Source of the DNA: Pyrinomonadaceae bacterium
GTDB taxonomy: Bacteria > Acidobacteriota > Blastocatellia > Pyrinomonadales > Pyrinomonadaceae
NCBI GenBank assembly: GCA_035942855.1
Contig: DASZCS010000012.1
Span: 33,198 to 97,197, forward strand
Direction: 5' to 3'
DNA length: 64,000 bases
Within the stretch, counting starts at the first letter, position 1, and each line of letters starts with the position of its first letter. Shown piece by piece: positions 34,033 to 47,928 of the stretch. Made by a program: the position numbers and the translations under genes. The notes beneath the pieces were generated by a model. The model saw only the letters and a list, made by a program, of their open reading frames with translations. It was not told where the DNA came from and searched no databases.

Positions 34033-34809
34033 TTGAAGATTATGCCAGCCGACGAACAGGCGACTCCGAACTTTCAAATCTACGCCAACGCCGAAGAGGT
34101 GGCGCGCGCCGCCGCTCATCGCTTCGCCGAACTCGCACGCGGGAACATCGGGGGCAACGGGCGTTTCAGCGTCGCGCTCGCGGGCGGTTCGACGCCCAAA
34201 CGAATCTACGAACTCCTCGCCACCGAAGACGTCGGCGCGGAAGTTGACTGGTCGAACGTCCACATCTTTTTCGGCGACGAACGCACCGTCCCGCCCGACC
34301 ACAACGACAGCAACTATCGCATGGCGAACGAGGCGCTCTTATCTCGCGTCGGGCTGCCGCCCGAAAACATCCACCGCATGCGCGGCGAGGGCGATGCGGT
34401 TGCCAACGCGCGTCTCTACGAAGACGAACTGCGCGGCTACTTCGGCGACGATGCCGCGTGGCCTGAGTTCGACCTCATGATGCTCGGCATGGGCGACGAC
34501 GGCCACACCGCCTCCCTCTTTCCGGGCACACACGCGCTCGACGTGCATGCGGCGTGGGTCACGGCCAACTGGGTCGAAAAGTTCGACACCTATCGCGTCA
34601 CGCTGACCGCGCCCGCCATCAACCACGCGCGGCAGGTGATGTTCATCGTCACGGGCGCGGGCAAGGCCGAGCGCCTGCTGGAAGTCTTGCACGGCGCGCA
34701 CGAGCCGCACCGTCTGCCTTCACAACTCATACGCCCGCGCACAGGCGCGCTCACATGGTTTCTCGACGAAGCCGCCGCAGCGAAACTCTCAAGAAAGGAC
34801 GAGGGATGA
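34033..34809 (+). CDS. pgl: 6-phosphogluconolactonase
   Basis: ALAGGSTPKRIYE, FFGDERTVPPDHNDSNY and MLGMGDDGHTASLFPG. The ATG at 34042 is an alternative start. The last codons (..KDEG stop) are encoded by the following repeat. Confidence 0.9.
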   Translation: MKIMPADEQATPNFQIYANAEEVARAAAHRFAELARGNIGGNGRFSVALAGGSTPKRIYELLATEDVGAEVDWSNVHIFFGDERTVPPDHNDSNYRMANEALLSRVGLPPENIHRMRGEGDAVANARLYEDELRGYFGDDAAWPEFDLMMLGMGDDGHTASLFPGTHALDVHAAWVTANWVEKFDTYRVTLTAPAINHARQVMFIVTGAGKAERLLEVLHGAHEPHRLPSQLIRPRTGALTWFLDEAAAAKLSRKDEG

Positions 34810-34887
34810 GGGATGAGGGATGAAAGGGAACGAGCAAAGGAAGCAAGTGCTTCTCTTGTTCATCCCTCATCCCTTATCCCTCATCCC
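34796..34887. repeat. heptamer-array palindrome, GGATGAG family (pgl / rpiB spacer)
   Basis: Left arm is GGACGAG GGATGAG GGATGAG GGATGAA. Right arm is TTCATCC CTCATCC CTTATCC CTCATCC C. The left flank CTCAAGAAAGGA is identical to the flank of the 30037 copy. Confidence 0.85.
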
Positions 34888-34895
34888 TAACTTCT

Positions 34896-35366
34896 ATGAC
34901 TCCCAAACGAGTTGCCATCGGCAGCGACCATGCCGGTTATGAAAGCAAGGAGGCGGCGAAGCGCGAGATCGAGGCGCTCGGCGTCGAGGTTGAAGACAAG
35001 GGCACGGACAGTCTCCAGAGCGTCGATTATCCGGACTTCGGCGCGGCCGTGGGGCGCGCAGTGGCGGCGGGCGAAGTGGAGCGCGGCGTAGTCATCTGCG
35101 GCTCAGGCATCGGCATCTCGATTGCGGCCAACAAAGTGCCGGGCGTGCGCGCCGCGCTCTGCTGGAACGAAGAGACCGCGCGGCTTGCGCGCCAGCACAA
35201 CGACGCCAACGTGCTCTGCATCGGCGCGCGCTTCATCGAACCCGAACAGGCCGCGCGCATGATCCGCGCTTTTCTCGAAACCGATTTCGACGGTGGCCGT
35301 CATCAGGAGCGCGTGCAGAAGTTGACCGAGTTGGACGAGGCGCGCACGGCGAGCGCGAAGCAGTAG
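34896..35366 (+). CDS. rpiB: ribose-5-phosphate isomerase B
   Basis: RVAIGSDHAGY and VVICGSGIGISIAANKVPGVRAA. Confidence 0.9.
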   Translation: MTPKRVAIGSDHAGYESKEAAKREIEALGVEVEDKGTDSLQSVDYPDFGAAVGRAVAAGEVERGVVICGSGIGISIAANKVPGVRAALCWNEETARLARQHNDANVLCIGARFIEPEQAARMIRAFLETDFDGGRHQERVQKLTELDEARTASAKQ

Positions 35367-35404
35367 TTGGCTCGCACGTCGTTAGTTGACCTCGCAAGTA
35401 TGAA

Positions 35405-35503
35405 GTTCACGCAAAGGCGCGAAGACGTGAAACGCGAAGGCGCAAAGGAGAATTTGATTTAACTTTGCGTCTTGCTTTTAACCTTTACGCCTTTGCGTGA
35501 AAC
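35405..35503. repeat. nested palindrome, CGCAAAGG family (rpiB / GH63 spacer)
   Basis: TTCACGCAAAGGCG (35406-35419) pairs with CGCCTTTGCGTGAA (35488-35501). An inner pair CGCAAAG / CTTTGCG is also present. It shares 14- and 15-mers with the element at 52685-52777. Confidence 0.75.
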
Positions 35504-35544
35504 TGTTTTAACTAAACTTCTGAAGCCCGAATCTCAAAACTTCC

Positions 35545-38214
<2,670 letters not shown>

Positions 38215-38220
<6 letters not shown>

Positions 38221-38247
38221 AAGAGAAGTGAAAGAGAAGTGAAAGAG
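38215..38247 (+). repeat. tandem 11-mer (AAGTGAAAGAG)x3 at the end of the GH63 gene
   Basis: Three perfect units. The GH63 stop TGA (38218-38220) is in unit 1. I saw no inverted partner. Confidence 0.85.
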
Positions 38248-38381
38248 ATTTAGCCTGTCAGAACGTTGAAGGCTTCGCCGCCCCCGGAAAAAATCGCTTG
38301 ATACGTTTGCCCGCGGCTTCGCGCGTTAATTAGTGAAGCCGGAAATTTCCGCCGCTCAAAGCGAAAGAAGGGCAAACTAAA

Positions 38382-39146
38382 ATGGCGTCTCTCAAGATAA
38401 TCCCCGCCGATGTTCCGCGCATCGCGATTCCCAAAACGCTCTCCTACCTGCTCGCCTTTCTGCTGCTTGAATTCACCTGCATGCAGGCTCACGAGTTAAT
38501 TCATCATTTGACGGGGCGACTGGTTTGCGGCGCGTGGGGGACAATGACGTTCAACCTGTTCTATCTCGCCCCCGAATGCTTTGAGACGAAAAAGATCGCT
38601 CTGCTTTCGACTTTCGCCGGGCCTGCGCTCAGTTATTTCCTGATGTGGGCGGGGATGCTGCTGGTCTTGAAAAACAGGGGCGGGCTGTTCGGTCTTTCTT
38701 TGATCTTCGCCAACCTGCCCTTCGCGCGTTTTATCAGCGTGGTGATGGCGCGCGGTGATGAGATGTTGATCGGGCGACGGCTCATCGGAGAGGGCGCTTA
38801 TCCGCTCGTCTTGGGCGCGGTGGTGCTGATTCTTTTGCCGCCTTTGCTTGTGGCGCAGAAAGCGATTGCCAACAAACGTCGCTGGTCGATTTTCCTGAGC
38901 TTTCTGCTCTTAACGCTCGCCTACGACGCGCTCACTAAGCGCGTGCTGCTCGCGCCGCTGATTGATCGTTGGGAACTGTTCGCGTCGAATGTTTTCGGCA
39001 TCCCACTCTTCATCGTCTGCGTCGATGTTGCTGTGTTGCTCGCCCTCGCCTGTTTCAGCCCTGATCTCTACGAGCGGAAAAAACTCGGCAGGCCGGCAAG
39101 CAACGGACGAGTGCTGGATAAATCGGTCGTGATGCAGAATTCATAA
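38382..39146 (+). CDS. hypothetical polytopic membrane protein with an HExxH motif
   Basis: About 6 hydrophobic segments. HELIHH sits right after the first TM segment, giving a zincin-like signature. No further support. Confidence 0.5.
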   Translation: MASLKIIPADVPRIAIPKTLSYLLAFLLLEFTCMQAHELIHHLTGRLVCGAWGTMTFNLFYLAPECFETKKIALLSTFAGPALSYFLMWAGMLLVLKNRGGLFGLSLIFANLPFARFISVVMARGDEMLIGRRLIGEGAYPLVLGAVVLILLPPLLVAQKAIANKRRWSIFLSFLLLTLAYDALTKRVLLAPLIDRWELFASNVFGIPLFIVCVDVAVLLALACFSPDLYERKKLGRPASNGRVLDKSVVMQNS

Positions 39147-39186
39147 CGAAGCCGGTCTGCGTAGATGGCAGACGCAATCTTCCCAC

Positions 39187-39214
39187 GGGTGCGGCCGCTT
39201 CAACGGCCGCACCC
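39187..39214. terminator. GC-rich hairpin between convergent genes
   Basis: GGGTGCGGCCG / CTTCAA loop / CGGCCGCACCC. The T-run on the plus side is only weak (ATCTT). Confidence 0.4.
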
Positions 39215-39267
39215 ATCTTAAGTTCTTAAGCTAATTCGGAATTTCCCGCGAGGGCGCAGGCGGCGGC

Positions 39268-41367
39268 TTAAACGGTCGCCTGCGTTTCGGCTGCGCCAGC
39301 GGCGACGGGCGTGGGCTTGCGCGTGTTCTTCTTGACAGTGAAGACCACCGTGCTCTGATTCTTGCCTTTGACCTTCACGTCGCCGAGCGGCTGTGTGTCA
39401 TAGTCGATGCCGAGAAGGGCTGCGGTCGAGTCGCTAATCAGGATCGGCACGCCCTTCTCTTTGGTCGTCGATTCGAGCCGCGCCGAGAGATTGACGGTGT
39501 CGCCGATGATGGTGTATTCGAGACGGCCTTCCGCGCCCACCACGCCGCACGTCGCCTCGCCCGTGTGGACGCCGACGCCGATGGCAATCTGCGGGCGATC
39601 CTTAGTCTTCCACTCTTCGTTAATCCGCTCGACCTCGGCCAGCATCTCCAACCCGCACGCGACCGCTGCGCGCGCCTCCAACTTCTCCCCGCGATTGATC
39701 GGCGCACCGAAGACGATCATCAAGCCGTCGCCGATGAACTTATTGATGTGGCCGCCGTAGGAGGTGACGATGCGATGCATGCGGCTGAAATATTCGTTCA
39801 ACCATTCGACGACCACTGTCGAGTCAACCGACTCGGAGAGCGTCGTGAAGCCGCGTATGTCGGTGAAGATGAGTGTGACGATGCGGCGCTCGCCTGCGAT
39901 GGAGAGGTCTGCGCGCTGCTGCCAGAGCGTGTCGGCCACTTCGGGCGAGACGCACTTGGAGAAGATGTCCATGATGGCCGCGCGTTCCGCTTCGGTCGCG
40001 TCGCGCACGGCGCGCTCGTGTGCGTAGCGCAAGAGGAACCCCGTCGGCGCGAGCATGCCGAGGATACCGAGTTCCGCGCTCGCCAGAGGCAGGATCATCC
40101 CGTGCGTGTTGAACGCCCACGAAGCGATGGCGAGCGTCGCTGCGGCCACGATCACCGTCGCCAAAAAGCCCCACATCGCGCGCAGCCAGAAGACGGCCAG
40201 CGCCACCAGCACGAGCGGCAGCAGGAGCATCACCAACTGTTGACGATAGGTCGGGCGCACGAGGTATCTGCCATTCAGGATGGTGGCGAGAATGTTGGCG
40301 TGGATTTCGATGCCCGGCATCAACTTCGGCAGCGTCGGCAAGTTCTTGTCGAACATCAGCAAGAGCGGGCGCGCCAGAGGTTTTGGCAAATAGTAAGGCG
40401 TGGTGAAGAGATCGGGCGCATCGTTGTTGGTCGCGCCGATGAGGACGATGCGGTCGCGGAAGAGTTCGTCCGAAAGTTTCGGGCGGCCTTCGCAGTTCAG
40501 GTTCGGCGAAGAGGTTTGGCGAAACTCCTCGCACAAAATGTCTCTGGCCGAGACGCGCGTGAAGGCGGGCGAGCGTCCGCGAAAGTCGATCTGTAAATTG
40601 AGATCGTTGCGCAGGGGCAGCGTGCGCTCGCCCAAAATCACTTTGTTTTGGCCGGGCGGCGCTTCGAGGACTTGCTCCGTGAAGCCGCGCGCGATCTGCG
40701 TGGCGAAACTGAACTGCTCGTCGAACGTGCCGTCGTCTTTGCGCACGATGCGCGACAGTTGACCGATGCGCACGAAGCGGTCGCTTTCATGCGGCAGGTC
40801 AACGAAGCCGACGAGGTAGGCGTTGTCGGCGAACATCGGCAACGGTTGGATGGAAGACGAACCGCCCGCTTCGAGTTTCTGCGCGAGCACGACGTTGCCT
40901 GCGTTTGCGAGCGATTCGACCATCTTCTGATCGGCCGCCTTGTCTTCGGCCGTGATGCCGCCCTCTTCGCTCAGATAAAGGTCGAGGCCGATGGTGTTTG
41001 CGCCGCCCTCGGTGGCGCGGTCGATCAAGCGCGCGTACCAACTGCGCGGCCACTTTTGCAGTCGCACGTTCGACTCTTTGATCGAATCCTCGTCAACCTC
41101 GATGATCGTGATCGGCTCGTTCAGTCCGCGCTGTCGCAGTTCCGGCTGGCGCACGTCGCGCATCTGGAACAGCACGTCGAGCGCAGAGTCTTCCAAGCCT
41201 GTCATGTAGCCGTAGGGACGCGTCGCATAAGTTCCGGCGCGGTCTTCGATGGGCTTGAGCGCAAGGGCGAGCACACCCCAGATGACGAGCGTTAAAAGAA
41301 TGGTCAGCACCCAGTACCAACGGCGCAAGAGGTAGGGCGCAAAAGAGAATTTTTTGAGAATCGACAT
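39268..41367 (-). CDS. CHASE2-sensor class III adenylate/guanylate cyclase
   Basis: An N-terminal TM segment, a ~330-aa extracytoplasmic region and 3 further TM segments match the CHASE2 architecture. C-terminal cyclase motifs: VTLIFTDIRGFTTLSE and KFIGDGLMIVFGAP. Confidence 0.85.
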   Translation of the reverse strand: MSILKKFSFAPYLLRRWYWVLTILLTLVIWGVLALALKPIEDRAGTYATRPYGYMTGLEDSALDVLFQMRDVRQPELRQRGLNEPITIIEVDEDSIKESNVRLQKWPRSWYARLIDRATEGGANTIGLDLYLSEEGGITAEDKAADQKMVESLANAGNVVLAQKLEAGGSSSIQPLPMFADNAYLVGFVDLPHESDRFVRIGQLSRIVRKDDGTFDEQFSFATQIARGFTEQVLEAPPGQNKVILGERTLPLRNDLNLQIDFRGRSPAFTRVSARDILCEEFRQTSSPNLNCEGRPKLSDELFRDRIVLIGATNNDAPDLFTTPYYLPKPLARPLLLMFDKNLPTLPKLMPGIEIHANILATILNGRYLVRPTYRQQLVMLLLPLVLVALAVFWLRAMWGFLATVIVAAATLAIASWAFNTHGMILPLASAELGILGMLAPTGFLLRYAHERAVRDATEAERAAIMDIFSKCVSPEVADTLWQQRADLSIAGERRIVTLIFTDIRGFTTLSESVDSTVVVEWLNEYFSRMHRIVTSYGGHINKFIGDGLMIVFGAPINRGEKLEARAAVACGLEMLAEVERINEEWKTKDRPQIAIGVGVHTGEATCGVVGAEGRLEYTIIGDTVNLSARLESTTKEKGVPILISDSTAALLGIDYDTQPLGDVKVKGKNQSTVVFTVKKNTRKPTPVAAGAAETQATV

Positions 41368-41546
41368 GGGGGTCTTAATGGCGGCAGCTATCGCGGGTCG
41401 GGGATCAGTTTAAGGGTTGACAAACACACGACCGAGCGCGTGCGATTGTAACCTCAGCCCTCTGGGCGGTCAATCTTCTTCTGAACGTCGCGCGAGCGGC
41501 CTCGGAACCTGCGCGACAGCATTTCGCAAATACATCCTCGCTAATC

Positions 41547-41575
41547 TTGACTAAAAAGTAAGGTATCCGTATAAT
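41547..41575 (+). promoter_or_regulatory. near-consensus sigma-70 promoter of the suf operon
   Basis: TTGACT (41547-41552), a 17-nt spacer, then TATAAT (41570-41575), about 43 nt upstream of the Rrf2 ATG. Confidence 0.65.
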
Positions 41576-41617
41576 CTCTTGCGTATCCTGATAATTGCTG
41601 ATGTTGGAGCGATTTAC

Positions 41618-42097
41618 ATGAAAGTCTCCGCACAGGAAGAATATGGCTTACGATGCCTGTTGCAACTCGCGCCGCTCGGCGAGGGCGAATATTTGACGCT
41701 GACGCAGATCGCCGAGCGCGAGGGCATTTCGACGGCCAACGCGGGCAAGTTGCTCTGGATTTTGAATAAAGCCGGCCTGGTGTCTTCGATTCGCGGCACG
41801 AAAGGCGGGTATCGGCTGGCGCGTCCCGCCTCCGAGATTCACCTGGACGAAATCATCAAGGTGCTCGACGAAGACGTGCTGGCGAGCCATTGCAACAGCT
41901 ACACGGGCATCCTCGATGCCTGCGTGCACACGGGCAACTGCGGCATCCGCCCCGTTATCGTCGGCCTGCATGACGTGGTGCGACGTGCGATGGCAAGCAT
42001 CACACTGGCGCAGCTTTTGGGTACGGAGTCGAACGTCGAGACGACGCTCTACAAGATCAATTCGCTGTCGCGCGAGACGACGCACAAGGGCGCTTGA
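41618..42097 (+). CDS. Rrf2-family transcriptional regulator (IscR/SufR-like)
   Basis: MKVSAQEEYGLRCLLQLA..LTLTQIAEREGIS..LNKAGLVSSIRGTKGGYRLARP, and a Cys cluster CNSYTGILDACVHTGNC suited to an Fe-S ligand set. GGAG lies 8 nt upstream of the ATG at 41618. Confidence 0.85.
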   Translation: MKVSAQEEYGLRCLLQLAPLGEGEYLTLTQIAEREGISTANAGKLLWILNKAGLVSSIRGTKGGYRLARPASEIHLDEIIKVLDEDVLASHCNSYTGILDACVHTGNCGIRPVIVGLHDVVRRAMASITLAQLLGTESNVETTLYKINSLSRETTHKGA

Positions 42098-42163
42098 GAG
42101 GTTTCGTGCGAAGCGCGGCCGGGACTATAAAGTTCAAGTCAAAGGGTAGAAGAAGAGACGAAG

Positions 42164-43600
42164 ATGAGTTCAATCGAATTACTGACCAACAAAGAATATA
42201 AGTACGGGTTTGTGACCGACATCGAGTCGGACATGATCCCGCGCGGGCTGAACGAAGAGACGATCCGTTTGATCTCCGCGAAGAAGAACGAGCCGGAGTT
42301 CATGCTCGAATTTCGTCTGAAAGCCTATCGCAACTGGCTGAAGATGGAAGAGCCTGTGCACTGGCCGAACATCACCTATCCGAAGGTGGATTATCAGGAC
42401 ATCATCTATTACAGCGCGCCCAAGCAGAAGGCCACGAAGGCGAGCATGGACGAGGTTGACCCCGAGTTGATTCGCACGTTTGAGAAACTCGGCATCCCGC
42501 TCTCCGAGCAGAAGCAACTGGCGGGTGTCGCCGTCGATGCCGTCTTCGATTCCGTCTCCGTGGCGACGACCTACAAAGAGAAGCTCAAGAAGCACGGCGT
42601 CATCTTCTGCTCGTTTTCGGAAGCGGTGCAGGAGTACCCGGAACTCATCAAGAAGTATCTCGGCACGGTTGTGCCTTCGAACGACAACTACTTCGCGGCC
42701 TTGAACAGCGCGGTCTTCACAGACGGGTCGTTCGTCTTCATCCCGCGAGGCGTGCGCTGCCCCATGGAGTTGTCCACCTATTTCCGCATCAACAACTCGG
42801 AATCAGGCCAGTTCGAACGCACGCTGATCGTCGCCGAAGAAAATTCGCACGTCTCTTACCTCGAAGGCTGCACCGCGCCGCGTTTCGACAAGAATCAACT
42901 GCACGCGGCCGTGGTCGAACTCATCGCTCTGGACGACGCAGAGATCAAATATTCGACCGTGCAGAACTGGTACGCGGGCGACGAAGAGGGCGTGGGCGGC
43001 ATTTACAATTTCGTCACCAAGCGCGGCGCGTGTCGCGGGCGCAATTCGAAAATCTCCTGGACGCAGGTTGAGACGGGTTCGGCCATCACCTGGAAATATC
43101 CTTCCTGCATCCTGCAGGGCGACAATTCCATCGGCGAGTTTTATTCCGTCGCGCTCACGAACCACGCGCAGCAGGCCGACACGGGTACGAAGATGATCCA
43201 CATCGGGCGCAACACGCGCTCGAACATCGTCTCGAAAGGTATCTCTGCCGGAAAGTCGAACAACAGCTATCGCGGTCTCGTGAAAGTGCTGGCCGGGGCT
43301 GAGGGCGCGCGCAATTACACGCAATGCGATTCGCTACTCGTCGGCGACAAGTGCGGCGCGAACACGTTTCCATATATCGAAGTGTCGAACAACACGGCGA
43401 AGGTCGAGCACGAGGCGACCACCTCGCGTATCAGCGAGGAGCAGTTGTTCTACCTGCGCCAGCGCGGCATCTCGCAGGAAGATGCCGTCTCGCTCATCAT
43501 CAACGGTTTCTGCAAAGACGTTTTCCGCGAACTGCCGATGGAGTTCGCCGTCGAAGCGCAACGACTGCTCGGCCTGAAACTTGAGGGCAGCGTTGGATAA
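42164..43600 (+). CDS. sufB: Fe-S cluster assembly scaffold SufB
   Basis: 478 aa with a typical SufB sequence ([31 protein letters not shown]) and suf operon context. Confidence 0.95.
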   Translation: MSSIELLTNKEYKYGFVTDIESDMIPRGLNEETIRLISAKKNEPEFMLEFRLKAYRNWLKMEEPVHWPNITYPKVDYQDIIYYSAPKQKATKASMDEVDPELIRTFEKLGIPLSEQKQLAGVAVDAVFDSVSVATTYKEKLKKHGVIFCSFSEAVQEYPELIKKYLGTVVPSNDNYFAALNSAVFTDGSFVFIPRGVRCPMELSTYFRINNSESGQFERTLIVAEENSHVSYLEGCTAPRFDKNQLHAAVVELIALDDAEIKYSTVQNWYAGDEEGVGGIYNFVTKRGACRGRNSKISWTQVETGSAITWKYPSCILQGDNSIGEFYSVALTNHAQQADTGTKMIHIGRNTRSNIVSKGISAGKSNNSYRGLVKVLAGAEGARNYTQCDSLLVGDKCGANTFPYIEVSNNTAKVEHEATTSRISEEQLFYLRQRGISQEDAVSLIINGFCKDVFRELPMEFAVEAQRLLGLKLEGSVG

Positions 43601-43603
43601 AGC

Positions 43604-43687
43604 AGAGGTTAGAAGTCAGAGGTTAGAGGTCAGTTAAAAACCACGAACTGATTTTTACTAGCCTCTGATCTCTAATCTCTGACCTCT
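43604..43687. repeat. heptamer-array palindrome, AGAGGTY family (sufB / sufC spacer), degenerate
   Basis: Left arm is AGAGGTT AGAAGTC AGAGGTT AGAGGTC AG. Right arm is CTAGCCTCT GATCTCT AATCTCT GACCTCT. Several arm differences are G-U compatible on the plus-strand RNA. Confidence 0.75.
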
Positions 43688-43707
43688 ATATTTACGGAGT
43701 AAATATT

Positions 43708-44487
<780 letters not shown>

Positions 44488-44558
44488 GGCGTGCAGACGT
44501 TCGAGTGTAAAGCCGCGCGCGAATTGACAGGTCGAGTTTCGAGAAAGTTTTCAAGAGG

Positions 44559-45902
44559 ATGATGGTGGCACAAGCGACGAAAGAGAAGAGTTCTTACCGC
44601 GCCGCGTTCGACGCCTTGCAGGTGGAAGACGCGCCGATGCTTCCCGCGTGGGTGCTACGCCTGCGCGAGACCGCGCTGGAGCGTTTCGAGCAGGTGGGTT
44701 TTCCGACTACGGACGTTGAGGATTGGAAGTACACGAACGTCGCCCCGATTGCGAAAGGCGATTTCACGCCGTTCGCGTCCGCCGCAGACGGCGAGTTGAA
44801 CGCGGAACAGTTGTCGGCTTTCCTGGCCGAAGAGGCGGCGAGTCGTCTGGTCTTCGTCGACGGGATTTATCGGGCGGAGTTTTCCGCGCAAGGGAACTTG
44901 CCTGCGGGCGTCGTCGTCGCGGATTTTGCGACTGCGTTCGGGGGCGAGCACGAGACGTTGCTGCGCACCTATCTCGCGCGCCCGGACAAGACCGAAATGG
45001 ACGGCTTCAACGCGCTCAACGCCGCGTTCCTGCGCAGCGGCGCGCTCGTCTACCTGCCCAAAGGCGCGCAGGTGACGGAGCCGATACAACTGCTGTTTCT
45101 CTCGACAGAGACCACGCAACCGGCGGCCGTCTTCCCGCGCGTGCTCGTCGTGGCCGAACGCGAGAGCGCGGCGACCATCATCGAGAGCTACGCGGCAGTC
45201 GCCGACCAGTCGCGCTCGCTGACGAACGCCGTGGTCGAAGTCTTCGTCGGCGAGAACGCGCGCCTGACGCATTACAAAGTGCAGCGCGAAAGCGATGCGG
45301 CGTTCCACATCGCCTCGACCGATGCGGAACTCGAACGCAGCGGCGTCTATGATCTGACGACCATCACGCTCGGCGCGCAGTTGTCGCGCCACGGCATCAA
45401 TGTGCGGCTCGCGCATGAAGGCGCGGAGTGTTGGGTTGATGGACTCTACCTCGTCGGCACGGGACAGCACGCCGACACGCATTCCCTCATCGACCACATC
45501 AGTCCGCACTGCACCAGTCATCAACTTTACAAAGGCATCCTCGACGGCAAATCGCGCGCCGTCTTCAACGGCAAGGTCTTTGTCCGGCGCGACGCGCAAC
45601 AGACGGACGCGCAGCAGTCGAACAAGAATTTGTTGCTGTCAAATGAGGCGCGCGTCGATACCAAGCCGCAACTGGAAATCTTCGCCGACGATGTGAAATG
45701 TTCGCACGGCGCAACCGTCGGCCAACTGGAAGAGGAAGAACTGTTCTACCTCGTCAGTCGCGGCCTGCACGCAGACCTCGCGCGCAATTTGTTGACCTAC
45801 GGCTTTGCCGAAGAGCTGGTCGAGAAGATCAAGATCGAGTCGATCAAGCGACAGTTGGACGAAGCGATCCTGAATCGTCTGCACGCGCGGCTCGAAGCGT
45901 AG
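44559..45902 (+). CDS. sufD: Fe-S cluster assembly protein SufD
   Basis: 447 aa between sufC and sufS. The C-terminal region (CSHGATVGQLEEEELFYL) is SufB/SufD-family. Confidence 0.9.
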   Translation: MMVAQATKEKSSYRAAFDALQVEDAPMLPAWVLRLRETALERFEQVGFPTTDVEDWKYTNVAPIAKGDFTPFASAADGELNAEQLSAFLAEEAASRLVFVDGIYRAEFSAQGNLPAGVVVADFATAFGGEHETLLRTYLARPDKTEMDGFNALNAAFLRSGALVYLPKGAQVTEPIQLLFLSTETTQPAAVFPRVLVVAERESAATIIESYAAVADQSRSLTNAVVEVFVGENARLTHYKVQRESDAAFHIASTDAELERSGVYDLTTITLGAQLSRHGINVRLAHEGAECWVDGLYLVGTGQHADTHSLIDHISPHCTSHQLYKGILDGKSRAVFNGKVFVRRDAQQTDAQQSNKNLLLSNEARVDTKPQLEIFADDVKCSHGATVGQLEEEELFYLVSRGLHADLARNLLTYGFAEELVEKIKIESIKRQLDEAILNRLHARLEA

Positions 45903-45905
45903 AAC

Positions 45906-47201
45906 TTGAAACTGAACGTTATGATTGCGACTGAGAAAGCTATGGCGGCTGAGAGACAAGCGGGTGTGAACGAGAGCGCGGCCGTATGGGACGTGGCGCG
46001 CGTGCGTGCGGATTTTCCTGTGTTGGGGCAGACGGTGAACGGGAAGCCGCTCGTCTATCTGGACAACGCGGCCTCTTCGCAAGTGCCGCAGATGGTGATC
46101 GAGCGCGGCAGTCGATACCTGCGCGAGGAACATTCCAACATCCACAGGGGCGTGCATTACCTGAGCCAGCGCGCGACGACCGCTTATGAGGGCGCGCGCG
46201 AGAAGGTGCGTCGCTTCATCAACGCGCGCGAATCGCGCGAGTGCATCTTCGTGCGCGGCTGCACCGAGGGGATCAATCTCGTCATGCACGGCTACGGGCG
46301 CAAGTTCGTCTCTGCGGGCGACGAGATCATCGTGTCGGCGATGGAGCATCACGCGAACATCGTCCCCTGGCAGATGCTCTGCGAAGAGAAGGGCGCGACG
46401 CTTCGCGTCATCCCGATGAACGACGCGGGCGAACTGTTGTTGGACGAGTACGAGGCGCTTTTGAACGAGCGGACGAAACTCGTCTGCGTGATGCACGTCT
46501 CGAACGCGCTCGGCACGATCAACCCGGTCAAAGAGATCATCGCGCGCGCGCACAAGCAGGGCGTGCCCGTCCTTGTCGATGGAGCGCAGGGCGCACCGCA
46601 CCTTACCATCGACGTGCAGGATTTGGACGCGGATTTCTACATCATCTCCGGCCACAAGATGTTTGCGCCCACGGGCAGCGGCGTCGTCTACGGCAAGGCC
46701 GAACTGTTGGAGCGGATGAACCCCTTTCTCGGCGGCGGCGACATGATCCGCACCGTCACGTTTGAGAAGACGACCTATGCGGGCTTGCCGAACAAATTCG
46801 AGGCGGGCACTCCGGCCATCGCCTCGCAGATCGGACTCGGCGCGGCGATCGACTATCTGAACTCGCTCGACCGCAACAGCGCGCACGCTTACGAACAGGA
46901 GTTGCTCGCCTATGCGACCGAGAAGTTGTCGCAGATTGAAGGCGTCCGCATCGTCGGTACGGCGCGCGAGAAGGTGGGCGCGCTCTCGTTCGTCATCGAA
47001 GACGTGCACCCGCACGACGTGGGCACGATTCTGGATCAGGAAGGCATCGCTATCCGCGCCGGTCATCACTGCGCGCAGCCCGTGATGAAACGTCTCGGCG
47101 TCCCGGCCACGGCGCGCGCCTCCTTCTCCTTCTACAACACGAAGGAAGAGATCGACACGCTGGCAAACGCGGTGCAGAAAGTGATCGAGGTCTTTAGCTG
47201 A
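45906..47201 (+). CDS. sufS: cysteine desulfurase SufS
   Basis: VRADFPVL..YLDNAASSQ, PLP lysine context ISGHKMFAPTGSGV and catalytic Cys context RAGHHCAQP. The ATG at 45921 is an alternative start. Confidence 0.93.
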   Translation: MKLNVMIATEKAMAAERQAGVNESAAVWDVARVRADFPVLGQTVNGKPLVYLDNAASSQVPQMVIERGSRYLREEHSNIHRGVHYLSQRATTAYEGAREKVRRFINARESRECIFVRGCTEGINLVMHGYGRKFVSAGDEIIVSAMEHHANIVPWQMLCEEKGATLRVIPMNDAGELLLDEYEALLNERTKLVCVMHVSNALGTINPVKEIIARAHKQGVPVLVDGAQGAPHLTIDVQDLDADFYIISGHKMFAPTGSGVVYGKAELLERMNPFLGGGDMIRTVTFEKTTYAGLPNKFEAGTPAIASQIGLGAAIDYLNSLDRNSAHAYEQELLAYATEKLSQIEGVRIVGTAREKVGALSFVIEDVHPHDVGTILDQEGIAIRAGHHCAQPVMKRLGVPATARASFSFYNTKEEIDTLANAVQKVIEVFS

Positions 47202-47205
47202 AAAC

Positions 47206-47306
47206 GGTGAATGGTAAATGGTAAATGGTGAATGGAAAAAAACTGATTAGCTTCATTCACGATTTCCTGTCTTCAACCATTTACCATTGACCATTTACTA
47301 TTTACC
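47206..47306. repeat. heptamer-array palindrome, GGTRAAT family (sufS / sufU spacer)
   Basis: Left arm is GGTGAAT GGTAAAT GGTAAAT GGTGAAT GG. Right arm is CC ATTTACC ATTGACC ATTTACT ATTTACC. Confidence 0.85.
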
Positions 47307-47313
47307 AATTGTC

Positions 47314-47802
47314 ATGTCAGAACTGAGCGAGTTATATCAACAGGTCATCCTCGACCATAACAAGAAGCCGCGCAACTTTCGCAAGTTGGAGACGGCGAAT
47401 CGTCATGCCGAGGGGTTCAACCCGCTCTGCGGCGACCAACTCACGGTCTACATGCAGATGGAAGACGAGCGCATCACGGACGTGAGTTTCGAAGGTTCGG
47501 GTTGCGCCATCTCGAAAGCATCGGCGAGTATGATGACGCAGAGCGTGAAGGGGAAGACGCGCGAGGAAGTTGAAAAACTCTTTGACGAATTTCACCGGAT
47601 GGTGACGGGCGAACTAGACGAAGAAGCGACCGAGAACGAGCTCGGCCGTCTGAAAATCTTCGCGGGCGTGCGCGAGTTTCCAGCGCGCGTCAAATGCGCG
47701 AGTTTGTCTTGGCACACGCTCCACGCCGCGCTCGCAGGGGAAGAGGCGGCGACGACGGAGAACCTCGGGCCGGACATCACCACGGAACAGGTCTCCGGTT
47801 GA
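47314..47802 (+). CDS. sufU: SufU-type (IscU-like) sulfur-transfer protein
   Basis: MSELSELYQQVILDHNKKPRNF, NPLCGD, GSGCAIS and VKCASLSW. The ATG at 47314 is preferred over the ORF-track start, which would lie inside the repeat. Confidence 0.88.
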   Translation: MSELSELYQQVILDHNKKPRNFRKLETANRHAEGFNPLCGDQLTVYMQMEDERITDVSFEGSGCAISKASASMMTQSVKGKTREEVEKLFDEFHRMVTGELDEEATENELGRLKIFAGVREFPARVKCASLSWHTLHAALAGEEAATTENLGPDITTEQVSG

Positions 47803-47829
47803 GCGAGTTAATCACCATCACGAATTTGA

Positions 47830-47862
47830 GAAGACGGCCGGCATGGCCGTCTTTTTCTTTTT
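47830..47862 (+). terminator. canonical Rho-independent terminator at the end of the suf operon
   Basis: 9-bp stem AAGACGGCC / GGCCGTCTT, 5-nt loop, then TTTTTCTTTTT. Confidence 0.8.
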
Positions 47863-47928
47863 GCGCGTCGCTGTTGGCAAAGGCGCGTGAATCCGTCCAT
47901 AATGTGGCAACAACGAAGGAGTCCCCGT